A DNA stretch of 64,000 nt, taken from positions 256,001 to 320,000 of the forward strand of contig CAVSGG010000005.1 of the NCBI GenBank assembly GCA_963727455.1, in the 5' to 3' direction. The translations under genes were made by a program, and so were the position numbers. How positions within the stretch are numbered: the stretch's first letter is position 1; each line of letters starts with the position of its first letter. The stretch comes from Candidatus Krumholzibacteriota bacterium. Lineage in GTDB: Bacteria > Krumholzibacteriota > Krumholzibacteriia > JAJRXK01. Under the pieces are notes generated by a model. The model was not told the DNA's origin and did no database searches. It saw nothing but the letters and a program-made list of their open reading frames with translations. Below are positions 9,826-20,034 of the stretch, piece after piece.

Positions 9826-11083
9826 TGCACACTCGCTCGCAAGCGGAACTCGGGTTCCGAAGCCCTCACGCAGGACCTTTGCTCTCGATGCTCAGCTTCG
9901 TTCTGCTGGCTCTCTGTTTCACGCCTCGGTCCGGGCGCTGCCAGGATACAGGGAAGCCCGAGCAGGGTAGCATTGGCAAAGACCTCAGCACGCTGTGTTC
10001 GGATCGCTTCGCAGGCCGGAACTTGGGTAGCCAGGGACTGATCATGGCCGCGGAATATCTCGAGGGTCGCATGAAAGAGCTGGGAATCGAGCCCGCTCTG
10101 GACTCGGGTTACCGGCAGCAATTCGCGGCTTCGGACTCCACGATAGGCGTCAATCTGGTGGGTCGAATCGGATCCCGAGGAAGTGCCCATCACGTCATCC
10201 TCGGGGCCCACTATGATCATCTCGGAGTCGATGACGAGGGGGAGATCTATCACGGGGCGGACGACAATGCCTCGGGAGTATGCGCCGTCCTGGAAGCGGC
10301 CCGTCGCCTGAGGGCCGATCCCCCCGCGGAGAGATCCTGGTGATTTTGTTTTCGGGCGAGGAGGAGGGACTCCTCGGGAGTCGCTACTACGCTGCCCATC
10401 CAGCGCTCCCCTTGGGGGAATGCACCGCGATGGTGAATCTGGACACGGTGGGAAGGTTGAGTAGCGGAGGACTCACCATCTTCGGCGCGAACACGGCGAG
10501 GGAGTGGAGCTCGATCCTGCGCGGCGTGGACTATGGATTTCACCTGAATCCAAAGATGCCGGAAGATGATCCCGGAGGAAGCGACCAGGTTTCGTTCGTG
10601 AACAAGGGCGTTCCCGCGATTCAGATCTTCACCGGAGCAAATGCCGACTATCACCGCACCAGCGACACCGTGGACAAAATCGACCGCGAGGGTATCTCCA
10701 CCCTCGGGGCATTCTGTAGCGAACTCGTACTTTTCCTCGCCGACGAATCGAAGGGTCTCAGCTTTCTTCCTCCTGGCAGCGAGCACGCGCCGGCGCCACC
10801 GGCAAGCGGCCAACGGCGGCGCGTCAGCGTGGGTACCATCCCCGATTTCAATCACAGCGGCGGCGGAGTTCTCATTGCCGGAGTCATTCCCGGATCACCG
10901 GCGGAGCAGGCGGGAATGAAGAAGGGCGATCTTCTCGTTGAGGTCGCGGGAACCCCGGTAGACGATCTTGCACAGTATGCCGCCGTTCTGAAGGAGCACG
11001 CGCCGGGAGACGAGATTCCTCTCATCTTCATGCGTGATTCAAGGCGCATGACGGTACATGTCACTCTCGCGGAGCGACACTAG
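9822..11083 (+). CDS. M28 peptidase with C-terminal PDZ domain (one frameshift near 10320-10325)
   Basis: GAHYDHLG and GADDNASG in ORF 9507..10343. FSGEEEGLLGS, NLDTVG, SDQ, DYHRTSD and PDZ (GSPAEQAG) in ORF 10280..11083. Adding one C to the C6 run joins them. ATGA overlap with the M1 gene. Confidence 0.88.
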
Positions 11084-11097
11084 GCCGCAGTGGGCCA

Positions 11098-13767
11098 CTA
11101 CTTAGCGATGACAGTGACCAATGGACCCTCTTTGAGGTAGTCCCTTGCCGCGGCCCGTACCTCCGTTGGAGTCACTGCACGCAGTCCCTGCGCTTCCCGG
11201 GCTGAGTAGTCGATGGAGCCCTGCAGGTAATCGTCTCTGCAGAGGGCGAAGGCCTGGCCCATGCTCGTCATGCTGCGCATGCGCAGTCGGCCCAGGCGCG
11301 AGTTCACCGCGGTCTCGATCTCCTCTTCGCTCACCTCCAACGACTTCACGAAGATGTAGTCCTTCATGGCGCCCTCGGCCTCTTCCAGGTTCTTCGCTTG
11401 GGTCCCCATCGAGGCGGTGATGGCCGCGCCAGCTCCCAAGAATTGGATCCCCATCCCCAAGCTATACGCGAGGCCTCGTGTTTCTCTGAGATCCTGTTGC
11501 ATGCGGCCGCTAAGCACCATCACCGCGACCTCCAGAGCCCAGCGGTCCGCGGGATCGACCTTCACCACTCTACCCATGCGAATCGTGGATTGTGCGCCTC
11601 CCACATCGAGGACTTCTCGGCTCGACTCTTTGGTGTAGGGCGGCTGCACGAAGCCACTCGCACCCGGTTTTTCCTTCGTCGGCTTGGTATGAAATGCGGT
11701 GCAAATTCTCTCCAGTGCAGTCTGGTAGGGGACGTCCCCCACGATGGCGAGCACGAGGTGCTCGGGAGCCAGATATTTCGGGGCGAAAGCGTTGATCTCC
11801 TTCAAGGTGATGGACTGCAGGGTCGCAATGGAGGGCAGAACCGGATCCGCCAGTGGGTGATCCGGGAAGAGGAGTTGATTCAGCCGAACCGCAGACAGTG
11901 AGCGGGAGGAGTTTGCCTGCCGTCCGATCACGCCGCTGAGCTGCGTCTTCACATCTGCGAGCTCCGATTCGTCATCGAACGAACGGGTACACATGGTGGC
12001 CATGAGATCTATCGCGTTACGGTAGAATTCGTCAGTCACGGAGAGACGCACGAAGGAATAGAGCGGGGTCGTGTAGTAGTCGTCGAAGGGAATCCACGGA
12101 TTGTCGGCGACTTTCAATTCCGCTCCGATGCGGTCCTGAATGGGGGAGTCTCCACCTGGAGGAAGTAGACGATGCAGCACGTCCGCAATGCCGTGCCTGT
12201 CAGCGGGCTCGCGTGCGCTTCGGTTCTTGACCAGAAGATGAAGCGCAACCATGCGGGTGCTCGTCGAAGCGGAGTGGATGAGGGTCATGCCATTGGCCAG
12301 CAGAGTGACCCTGGCAGCCTCGTCGTCCTCTAGAGCTGGGGGTAGCTGACGCGGCGGAGGACCCTTCAGCTTCTCGCTCATGGCGAGCAACGGGACTGTG
12401 TATTCCTCATTCGCAGCCAGAGCCGAGGCGTCCTTCAAGTGCGGGACCGCGGGTCCGGCAGCACAATATGCCAGTCCGATCCGCGGAAGGAGTTGCTTCG
12501 TGTAGGCGACCAGATCCTCCAGCGTCACATTCTCGAGCGCTTCGAGATATGAGTTCAAAAAGTTCTCGTCCATGGACCAGAGCCGGTCCCCGTGAAAGAG
12601 AGCGTAGTAGTGGAGTTGTTCGAGCTGGGAGATCTCGGTGGACAGGAGGCGGGTTCGCGCTGCTTCCAACTCCGTCGTTTCCTGGCGGTCGAGAGTGGAC
12701 CATGCGCTCGTCATGCGTTGAAAAACCCGGGCGAGAGCCGAGGCATCGGCGAAGCGCGTTTCCAGTTGCAGCATCATCTTTCCGCCGATCCATTGAAGAC
12801 TGGCGTTGCTGCTCTCCACTTCGAGCGTGGGTGCCAACGCGAGCACCCGGCTGAGCCGGTTTTGCTCCCCCCCACCGAGTACTTCCACCAGAAGCGCCAG
12901 CATCGCGTGTTCTTTTGCGCTCTTGGCGTCTACCACCGCGGTCGCGCGGGCGGTGACCGATGGCGCTTCGACCTTCGCCGTAGCCACGGTCGCGGGACCG
13001 TCGCTCGTCAACTCGATCCCTGGAGCCGGAATGCAGGACTTTTCCTCGCCAGCCGAGGTCGCAAAGTACTTGCCGATGAGCGAAAGAGCTTCCTCGGGAT
13101 CGAAATCTCCCATGAGAATCAGGCGCATGTTTGAAGGAACATACTGACGGTGGTAGTACTCGAGCACCGCATCGCGGGGAAGGGCCGCGATCGTGGCCGG
13201 CGTACCCAATACGGGACGCTGAAAGGGCGGGTCACCATGATGCAGCAGGGAATCGAGCGTGGTGGAAATTCGGTCATCCGGATTGTCCTGATCCTTGGCG
13301 ATTTCTTCGATGACGATTCCACGCTCCTTCTCGAATTTATCGGGCGGCAGCGTGGAGTGCAGCAGCATGTCCGATTGCAAATCGAGCGCCTGGGAGAGTT
13401 TCTCCTTGGGGGCTACCATCATGAAGTGGGTGTACTCGCGGCGTGTCGTCGCATTGTTGTAGGCACCGATGCGATCCCCGAAGGCGTAAATCTCTTCCTG
13501 AGTGCGCTTGGTCGTTCCGTTGAACAGCAGATGCTCGAGAAAGTGGGAAGAACCCGCGTAGCGATCCTCTTCGCGACTGGCACCCGCTCCCACGAAGACG
13601 TTCGAGGCGATGAGACCGCTGCCCGGTCTGGGTATGAGAATGATCCGCAGCCCGTCAGGTAGGGTGGCTGCTTTCAACGGGATCGCCTGCGCGACCGGAA
13701 TTTGCCAGAGAAGAGAGAGAAAGAGGATGAGAATCGGGATTCGAGCGAGGGAAGGCCGCCGCCGCAT
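11098..13767 (-). CDS. M16 (pitrilysin/insulinase) zinc protease, secreted
   Basis: HFLEH inverted zinc motif, NATT, ERGIVIEE. The second half is a degenerate copy (QDLRETRGLAYS). Start at MRRRP (13767) has an RBS and signal peptide. Confidence 0.92.
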   Translation of the reverse strand: MRRRPSLARIPILILFLSLLWQIPVAQAIPLKAATLPDGLRIILIPRPGSGLIASNVFVGAGASREEDRYAGSSHFLEHLLFNGTTKRTQEEIYAFGDRIGAYNNATTRREYTHFMMVAPKEKLSQALDLQSDMLLHSTLPPDKFEKERGIVIEEIAKDQDNPDDRISTTLDSLLHHGDPPFQRPVLGTPATIAALPRDAVLEYYHRQYVPSNMRLILMGDFDPEEALSLIGKYFATSAGEEKSCIPAPGIELTSDGPATVATAKVEAPSVTARATAVVDAKSAKEHAMLALLVEVLGGGEQNRLSRVLALAPTLEVESSNASLQWIGGKMMLQLETRFADASALARVFQRMTSAWSTLDRQETTELEAARTRLLSTEISQLEQLHYYALFHGDRLWSMDENFLNSYLEALENVTLEDLVAYTKQLLPRIGLAYCAAGPAVPHLKDASALAANEEYTVPLLAMSEKLKGPPPRQLPPALEDDEAARVTLLANGMTLIHSASTSTRMVALHLLVKNRSAREPADRHGIADVLHRLLPPGGDSPIQDRIGAELKVADNPWIPFDDYYTTPLYSFVRLSVTDEFYRNAIDLMATMCTRSFDDESELADVKTQLSGVIGRQANSSRSLSAVRLNQLLFPDHPLADPVLPSIATLQSITLKEINAFAPKYLAPEHLVLAIVGDVPYQTALERICTAFHTKPTKEKPGASGFVQPPYTKESSREVLDVGGAQSTIRMGRVVKVDPADRWALEVAVMVLSGRMQQDLRETRGLAYSLGMGIQFLGAGAAITASMGTQAKNLEEAEGAMKDYIFVKSLEVSEEEIETAVNSRLGRLRMRSMTSMGQAFALCRDDYLQGSIDYSAREAQGLRAVTPTEVRAAARDYLKEGPLVTVIAK

Positions 13768-13884
13768 GCTGTTCTCCGTGGAAGAGGGAAAAACGGACGA
13801 ATTCAGCACATTATCGAGCAGCCCGGGATCGCTTCCAAGGGATTTGTTGGCGGCGGTTCTTGGGAGCCGCGCGAAGGACGCCGC

Positions 13885-16611
13885 TCAAGGAGTGGGCTTT
13901 CCCACTGGCGCTGCGGCCTCGGGTTCGAGCTCGATCCGCAGTTCGACGGCTTCGCCGCCGGCCTGAATCCTCAGTTCACGAGGAGCGCCCTGCGCGAACT
14001 CCAGTCCACGCGCCTTCAACCACTTTTGCGGGACGAGCACTCGGTAATTTCCGGGGGCGACTCCCATGAGATAAAATTCGCCATCGTGAAAGCTGCGCGT
14101 CTCATAACTCCTGTGCCCATCGATCTGTTCCAGTCGCACGGGAACGGAGCCTGCGGGATGGAGAGCTTCGCCGTCACGGGTGAGAGTGGTGCCATTCAAC
14201 TCCACCCCGAGTACCAGAGGAAGGTCTACCGTCCGGTAGCCATTGGGTGAAATCGTGGCGGCTGCCTGTTCGAAGACGGGAATCCACAGTGGATTCTTCA
14301 GTGAAGATTTCTGCACCTCGATCTTCGTTGCTTCGAAGGGCAATAGATTCCACACGGAGTAGCGTCCGTAGTCGTCGGTCGTCACCGTCTCGTTTCCCAC
14401 TAACAGCTTAACCTCGGGCAGACCCGATTCCCCTTGGTCCAATATCCCGTCTCCGTTGCGATCGAGGAACACCGTTCCGCTGATGCCACCCTGACCGATG
14501 GTCTTGAAGGGGAAGCCCTGAATGCGATTGCTGCTCGGATTGTAGATCATCGATCCTTCGGCGTGCGTTGCTGCATTGGTGCTGCCATCGGGGTCACGCC
14601 TGAATTGTGTGCTGGTGTAGGCTTGTCCGCCGGTGGCGGTAACACCGATGGTCAAGAAGGGTTGGTTCTGCGAGCGAAGCCAGGTCCCACCCAGCTCCAC
14701 TCTGGCAGATCGCCCGATGCGGCGCGCCACGAGCGCCTGGAACCAATCCGAGTTCGTCACGTCGGTGTCCAGTTCACCCTGAAAACGCAGTTGGAGCCCG
14801 TGCAAGAGGGCGATACGACGCGTGTTGAGGATCTTCGAGGCCTGAAAACTGAGGCTGTTACCACGACGGGTCGTGAGAGGATCACTGTCCCATTCCTCGT
14901 TCCATTGCAGGCCGGCCCGAATGCCCGAGAGTAGAACGGTCGCACCCCAGCTCGCGCGCCAATTCAAGAGCTCATCGTAACGGTGGCGTTGTCCGTCGAA
15001 GGTCAAAAAGAAGCTGCGTTGCCGGTGGAAGGGACGATAGAAAATCGAAGCTACGCTTCGCTCTCGCTCCGAAGGAGAAGAGAGAAGGGGAGAGGGGAAC
15101 TCGCGATCTTGGAGACCCCCTTCGCTCGAGAGGAGATCGAAGCGAGTGTGCTCGGCAGACAGGTGCAGATCTCCGTTCGGTTCGACGCTGGCCACTCCTC
15201 GCCACCAAGCGTGGGCGACTCTTTCGCTGAAGAGGTGGAGCGAATTGAGCGGAGATGCGCTCAGGGAGAGATAGGGATGGTGTTCTTGCCGCGAGTTAGC
15301 CAGACGATAGCCTTCATAGCCGCCGCGAACCGTGTAGCGGTCGTCGATTCCGTAGCGCAGGTCGAGGGTGAGCATGTCTCCATGACTCTCGTCCTCCAAG
15401 TGTCCGGCGCTGAGGCCGTACTCGAAGTGATGAGCGGGCAAACGATCGAAATCGACTCGCACCGCCCGCCGTGTGATTTGGAGCTCCCCGTGCGGTCCGT
15501 AGGCTCTGATCTCCACTGGATTTTGCCCGTAATCCAGGGGGACCACGAACTCCCAACGGCCGCGCTCGTCGACCCGGTCCCAGGCCAAGAGACGGCCATC
15601 TCGATAGACCTCTACCTCCCAACCGGGGTCGAGTTTGCCCCTCAGGACCACGCGGCCAAAATCACTGCTGCGCAGGAACGGCGAGTTTCCCAGGCTGAGT
15701 CCGGTGATGGCTCGCGGTCGTGGGCCGCCGCTCAGGGTGCGCCCCACGGAGAGTTGTCGCAGCCAATTCTGCCGCGGCCAGACTCCCTGCCAGCGGGCGT
15801 CGAGCCTGTCCGGTCCGTTTCCGTCGAAGCGTCCCCGGTAGCGAAAGTCCAGTCCACCGCCCAGGGCGCTTCCGCCAAAGCTCGTGCTGTAACTAGTCAG
15901 TTCGGGACGATCGAGACTGGGCGCGCTAAGGTCCCAATCCAGGGTGGCTCCCGACCAGGCCTCGAGTTTGGGTCCGAGCACGAAGTCGGGTTGGACCGCT
16001 TTTGCGGCTTCCAGACGGCGCAGGCGCTGTCGACGCAGACGCCGCCCCAGAGGGAGCTCGTCGATGGGATCGAAGGTGACCGTCATCTCTCCCAGATCCT
16101 CGTAGACCTGAGTATCCAGCAGCCAGGCCAGGACCGCGGTGGAGGCGTAGAGCTCTCCCTCGTGCACGAAAAGTTCGTGCGGGCGGAGCTGGCGCCAAGC
16201 GGTATCGCGCTGTGCTCGCCCCTGTAGTGGATCGAGACTCAATCTCCGGTGTCCCGGTTCCAGGTGGGCCACCAGCTGGAAGCTGCTGTCGACCACAGCG
16301 TCGAATTCCACCAGCCGGCACAGGGCGAGCGCCGGAACCCAGACGCGCCCCTTCTTCAGATACGCGGGCTGCGTATCGCGCATTTCCTGTCCAGCGCGCA
16401 GCTCGACGATGATCTCCTGGAAGTCGAGCGAATCCGGGTGGGCAAGCACGATGCTCTGAGGCGCCTTCCCGCCGTCCGGGGAGGGATTTCCTGACTCCGC
16501 CGCCGCGGGATGCGTCGGTACGAGTGCGCGGACCACCAGCAGAAGCACGAAGACGAGAAGCCTCGCTTCTCGCTCCCGAACCTCCCTCATGCACTCCGTG
16601 CTTCGCTTCAT
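13885..16611 (-). CDS. Atypical outer-membrane usher-like protein of a chaperone-usher-type pilus
   Basis: Signal peptide, plug-like segment (GWEVEVYRDG...PLDYGQNPVEIRAYGPHGE), beta-rich body, C-terminal SdrD/carboxypeptidase-regulatory-like Ig domains (VFLDRNGDG..D.GE). Follows chaperone and pilin genes. Confidence 0.7.
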   Translation of the reverse strand: MKRSTECMREVREREARLLVFVLLLVVRALVPTHPAAAESGNPSPDGGKAPQSIVLAHPDSLDFQEIIVELRAGQEMRDTQPAYLKKGRVWVPALALCRLVEFDAVVDSSFQLVAHLEPGHRRLSLDPLQGRAQRDTAWRQLRPHELFVHEGELYASTAVLAWLLDTQVYEDLGEMTVTFDPIDELPLGRRLRRQRLRRLEAAKAVQPDFVLGPKLEAWSGATLDWDLSAPSLDRPELTSYSTSFGGSALGGGLDFRYRGRFDGNGPDRLDARWQGVWPRQNWLRQLSVGRTLSGGPRPRAITGLSLGNSPFLRSSDFGRVVLRGKLDPGWEVEVYRDGRLLAWDRVDERGRWEFVVPLDYGQNPVEIRAYGPHGELQITRRAVRVDFDRLPAHHFEYGLSAGHLEDESHGDMLTLDLRYGIDDRYTVRGGYEGYRLANSRQEHHPYLSLSASPLNSLHLFSERVAHAWWRGVASVEPNGDLHLSAEHTRFDLLSSEGGLQDREFPSPLLSSPSERERSVASIFYRPFHRQRSFFLTFDGQRHRYDELLNWRASWGATVLLSGIRAGLQWNEEWDSDPLTTRRGNSLSFQASKILNTRRIALLHGLQLRFQGELDTDVTNSDWFQALVARRIGRSARVELGGTWLRSQNQPFLTIGVTATGGQAYTSTQFRRDPDGSTNAATHAEGSMIYNPSSNRIQGFPFKTIGQGGISGTVFLDRNGDGILDQGESGLPEVKLLVGNETVTTDDYGRYSVWNLLPFEATKIEVQKSSLKNPLWIPVFEQAAATISPNGYRTVDLPLVLGVELNGTTLTRDGEALHPAGSVPVRLEQIDGHRSYETRSFHDGEFYLMGVAPGNYRVLVPQKWLKARGLEFAQGAPRELRIQAGGEAVELRIELEPEAAAPVGKPTP

Positions 16612-16646
16612 GACGCTGGCTTCGCCTCGCTCATTCCTTCGCTACC

Positions 16647-17571
16647 TCATCCGCCGGACTCGAGCGGAGCATTTCTCTCGTAGACGAGGGCCATGCTCCG
16701 TACCACTGCGGGACAGGGGAGAATTCCCTCGGGCGGTAGGTCGGCGCGTTCGGTATCCAGTTGGAGCGAGATGGTGTAGCGACCGGGGAGGGGAGCTTTG
16801 TCTAGAGGAAGTTCCAGGCTTCCGCTGAAGATCCTCGTACACCGCCAGGGCGCGGTTCCAGCGCTGGACTTCTCGGCCACTTGCGTCGCTCAGGACCGCA
16901 TCGACTTGGCCCAGCCATGCGGCATTTCCAGTGCGATGCAGATCCAAGTCCAGATGAACCGCGGCGCTGTCCACTTGCGCGCGCATGTGCCTGAGGTCGA
17001 CGCCAGTATTCACTTTTCCCTTGCGGTAGTTCAGCGAGATGATAGTTCGGGTGGCCAGCGCCAGTCCCACCTGTACTCCCTCGCTGTGATCCAGTTTGCG
17101 TGGCTCGGCCGCCTTCTCAGAACTCACGATGACGCGGCTCCAGTACTCTCCGTCGGGGAGCCCTGCCGGGGGACGTGCCAGCAGACGGATCGCTTGTCTC
17201 TGCCGCGGCTGCAGAACCATTCGTCTCGGTAGGGCCTTCACCCAGGTGGCACAGGAAGGTTCTCCGAGCTTCGGGTTGGTCTTCCAGAAACACCTTGATT
17301 CCTCCTTTGCCATCGCCGCGCGGATAGCCGTAACTGAGCTTTATCTCGACTTCCACTGGGTGGTCGTCGGGGTTGTGCACGTAGAGCACGGTGGAACGTT
17401 CTCGGTGATCGATGAAGAGGGCATGAGGCGCCACGAGTACCGCGAGGGATCGACGGGAAGGAGCGAGCAGAGGAGGACATGGCGAAGAGCGTAAGCGTGG
17501 AGCAAATGGCGGAAGTTACTGCGGCTGCGATTCACGATGATCCTGCTGAGGAATGTTCGGATTGCTTGCAT
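16647..17571 (-). CDS. PapD-like periplasmic pilus chaperone (about 3 frameshifts)
   Basis: Fragments read VAPHALFID...VHNP, then W...PRRMVLQP..RQAIRLLARPPAGLPDGEYWS, then PGRYTISLQL. Spread over ORFs 17341..17685, 17117..17434, 16642..17313 and 16647..16880. Confidence 0.75.
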
Positions 17572-17591
17572 GGCGTCCCCCCAGGGATGCG

Positions 17592-18113
17592 TCAATTTCC
17601 GGTGTAGATCACGTCGAGAACGATATTCGCGATGTAATCGCCGGGTTGCTGATTTGGTGGTGGATCGACCGTCCCACCAATCCATACGTTCAAGATGCCC
17701 GCTGTTGGGATCGAGGCGCGTCGTGATCCCCGCGATGGGATCGAAATTGGTGGCCCCGGCTGGTCTCGGTTCTTGGTGTTGTAAGCCGCGTCACTTCCCG
17801 AAAAAGAAATCGGCATCGAGTTGCCGCCATTCTGTAGAGAACCGGGAAGATTGGTGAAATCGAGATAGACCTCTGCTCCTGGCTCGCCCTGGATGAACCA
17901 TCGCCCCGCCGTATTGGAGGACCACATCACTGTGCTGGGAATTCCGGCGATGACGGTTCCAAAACGCAGATCGCCCCGATCACGGACCCGGATCGGGCCG
18001 TTCCCTCGGTTTCCCCCCGGAGCGAGTTGGGGGAGGTCGGCATGCGCGACCTCCCCATGAAGCGAGAGGACGCCGAGGAACAGGATGAAACCCACCACGG
18101 CGCGTCGATGCAT
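17592..18113 (-). CDS. DUF4402-like pilin subunit 2
   Basis: Signal peptide, DLRFG, VWIGGTV.P..NQ.PGDY, C-terminus VIYTGN. Paralog of the upstream gene. Internal compensating indels are likely. Confidence 0.75.
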   Translation of the reverse strand: MHRRAVVGFILFLGVLSLHGEVAHADLPQLAPGGNRGNGPIRVRDRGDLRFGTVIAGIPSTVMWSSNTAGRWFIQGEPGAEVYLDFTNLPGSLQNGGNSMPISFSGSDAAYNTKNRDQPGPPISIPSRGSRRASIPTAGILNVWIGGTVDPPPNQQPGDYIANIVLDVIYTGN

Positions 18114-18117
18114 GGAA

Positions 18118-18618
18118 TTAGTTTCCCGTGTACACCACATCGAGACTGACGGTGGCGGTGTAGACTCCGGCCGCCTGGTTGGCCGCCGGGGCTACGGTTC
18201 CACCCAGCCACACGAATCCTTCGCCGGTCCCACTGAGGAACTCGGTGTCTCCGGCTGGAGGGATCGAAGGGCACGGCACTGCCGACGACGTCCGATCGAA
18301 CCAACCCGCGTCAGTGGCGGAGAAACTGATGGGCATGTTGTTGCCGCCGAAGCTCAAGTTTGCGGGCAGGGAGAAGGACATCTGCACTTCCTTCCCCGCC
18401 TCTCCGTCGATGCGCCATTTGCCGGAAGTCGCGTCCGTCAGGGCAACGGACTTGTTCAAGCCCGGGAATACGTCTCCGAAGTCGAGATCGCGCAGGCCGT
18501 TCGTGACACTCAGCGGAGTGAGCACGTTGGCCGTGGCGTTGATGGTTCCCGAGACGGCGAAAGCCGAGACGGGCAGGATCAGGGCCACTACGATGGCCGC
18601 GGCAAGAATCCTCTTCAT
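18118..18618 (-). CDS. DUF4402-like pilin subunit 1 (probable major subunit)
   Basis: Signal peptide, A.ANVLTPLSV, DLDFG, VWLGGTV.P.ANQAAGVY, C-terminus VVYTGN. RBS AAGGAG. First gene of the operon. Confidence 0.8.
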   Translation of the reverse strand: MKRILAAAIVVALILPVSAFAVSGTINATANVLTPLSVTNGLRDLDFGDVFPGLNKSVALTDATSGKWRIDGEAGKEVQMSFSLPANLSFGGNNMPISFSATDAGWFDRTSSAVPCPSIPPAGDTEFLSGTGEGFVWLGGTVAPAANQAAGVYTATVSLDVVYTGN

Positions 18619-18821
18619 CTTTCAGGTCTCCTTACAACAAAGCGAAGAGTGCCCACTGCGCGGGTACTCTCGCCTCGGATCTTTTGGATTGTGTGGTCTC
18701 CTGGTTTCCGGCGCTGACCGGTGTTTTCCAGGAAGACCCGCGATGTGGTACCCTTGATGGGTCCGCCGTGAAACCGCGCCGGGCGCTAGGCCAACAACGC
18801 ATTCCATTGCGAGACAATCCT

Positions 18822-18839
18822 TTGCAGTCCCCGTGCCGG
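18822..18839 (-). promoter_or_regulatory. sigma54 (-24/-12) promoter of the pilus operon
   Basis: Minus strand reads cCGGCACGgggaCTGCAa (GG-N10-GC). An AT-rich IHF-like stretch taagtattttgaaagaaagaagtta lies just upstream (about 18857-18881). Confidence 0.7.
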
Positions 18840-19178
18840 GATTCGATTATTCCGCGTAAGTATTTTGAAAGAAAGAAGTTATGGTGGAATTGCGGGCCAA
18901 ACAGATGGCTGCGGGAGGAGTCGGGAGAAATCATGGCAAGGCTGGATCCACCGTGTCCAATCCCTCCCCAAATGCCAGTCACGTGGCCCGCCGGGCGCGG
19001 CAAAGGGGACACATTTCGCTCGCGCCGCAGCCCGGGCTTCGCGGTATCGCCATCATTCTGGCCCTGTGGCTTCTATCTCCCTGGCCGCGGCGGGCTCTGC
19101 GGAGCCGCTCTCTCGCGGGACGAATTTCCGTGCGCGCGAGGGTGCTGCAAGCCGGTGGGGCAGAAGGAAATCCCGGAC

Positions 19179-19358
19179 ATGCTGGGCCAATTGCGGAAGG
19201 AGGTGCGCTTGCGTCCTTCCGCGTCCTGGTGGTCCAGCGCGAAACAGGGTGAATTCGCGAAGCTCAGCGAACGCCTCATCGATCACGATCTCCTGCGTGT
19301 GGGTCTGCTGAGAGGTCCCGAAGGGTATACGCTGCAGATCGAGTCTCTTGCCAATTGA
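19179..19358 (+). CDS. Possible small hypothetical protein (59 aa)
   Basis: ATG 19179 preceded by AAGGA. Fills the gap and converges on yigZ. No recognised motif. Confidence 0.3.
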   Translation: MLGQLRKEVRLRPSASWWSSAKQGEFAKLSERLIDHDLLRVGLLRGPEGYTLQIESLAN

Positions 19359-19365
19359 GATGGTC

Positions 19366-20013
19366 TCAAGACTCTTCCCAGCTGAGTCGAGCACGTGCCC
19401 CGGTGGACTCGCGGATCTCCTCCGCGACCCGCAATGCCTGGGAGCGGCGGATCCGCAGATGGAGTCTGGGTGTGCCCGAGAAGTCTCGCTCGATCGATTT
19501 CACGGCGGCCGCGGAGCGGGCGAGATTGGGCTTCGACGGTTCCCAGATCTTCAAAGGAGCACTCCACGTGAGAGAGGCGTCGTGCCAGATGCGCTTCCGG
19601 GGAGCGATTTCCAGCGCACTGCGGGCCGCATCCGCGTAGGCTCGGACGAGCCCTCCGCGTCCGAGTTTGGTCCCCCCGAAGTAACGAGTGACCACGACGA
19701 AAGCGTCGTATAGCTTAGCGCGTTGGAGGGCGCCCAGAATGGGCACTCCGGCAGTTCCGGAAGGTTCGCCATCGTCATCGCTGCGTTCGACAAGAGAACC
19801 GGAGGACTTCAGGCGCGCCGCCCAACAATGGTGGCTCGCGTCGTGATAACGCCGTCGAAGGTGCGTGAGCTTCTCGTTCACGAGCTCCACATCCTCGACG
19901 TGAAAAGCCTGGGCGAGGAAACGCGAGCCCTTGATGCGCAGTTCGATCTCTTCTCCATCCTCGATGGAGGGAGTTGATTCGGGCTCGTCGGGGGAGGGCG
20001 CGTGGCTCGTCAT
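19366..20013 (-). CDS. yigZ: YigZ/IMPACT family protein
   Basis: IKGSRF, ASHHCWA, SDDDGEPSGTAG, VVTRYFGGTKLGRGGLVRAY. Confidence 0.92.
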   Translation of the reverse strand: MTSHAPSPDEPESTPSIEDGEEIELRIKGSRFLAQAFHVEDVELVNEKLTHLRRRYHDASHHCWAARLKSSGSLVERSDDDGEPSGTAGVPILGALQRAKLYDAFVVVTRYFGGTKLGRGGLVRAYADAARSALEIAPRKRIWHDASLTWSAPLKIWEPSKPNLARSAAAVKSIERDFSGTPRLHLRIRRSQALRVAEEIRESTGARARLSWEES

Positions 20014-20034
20014 ATTGGCAGAGGCCTGTAGGGA

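Noticed and set aside
10315-10345. Programmed frameshift or split M28 gene
   Set aside because: A single missing C in a C6 run splits the catalytic domain. A sequencing error is the simpler explanation.
18619-18812. Known c-di-GMP-I (GEMM) riboswitch upstream of the pilin
   Set aside because: The characteristic GGCAAA...GAAA...GACGCAAAG core is not present. I kept it only as an unclassified structured leader.
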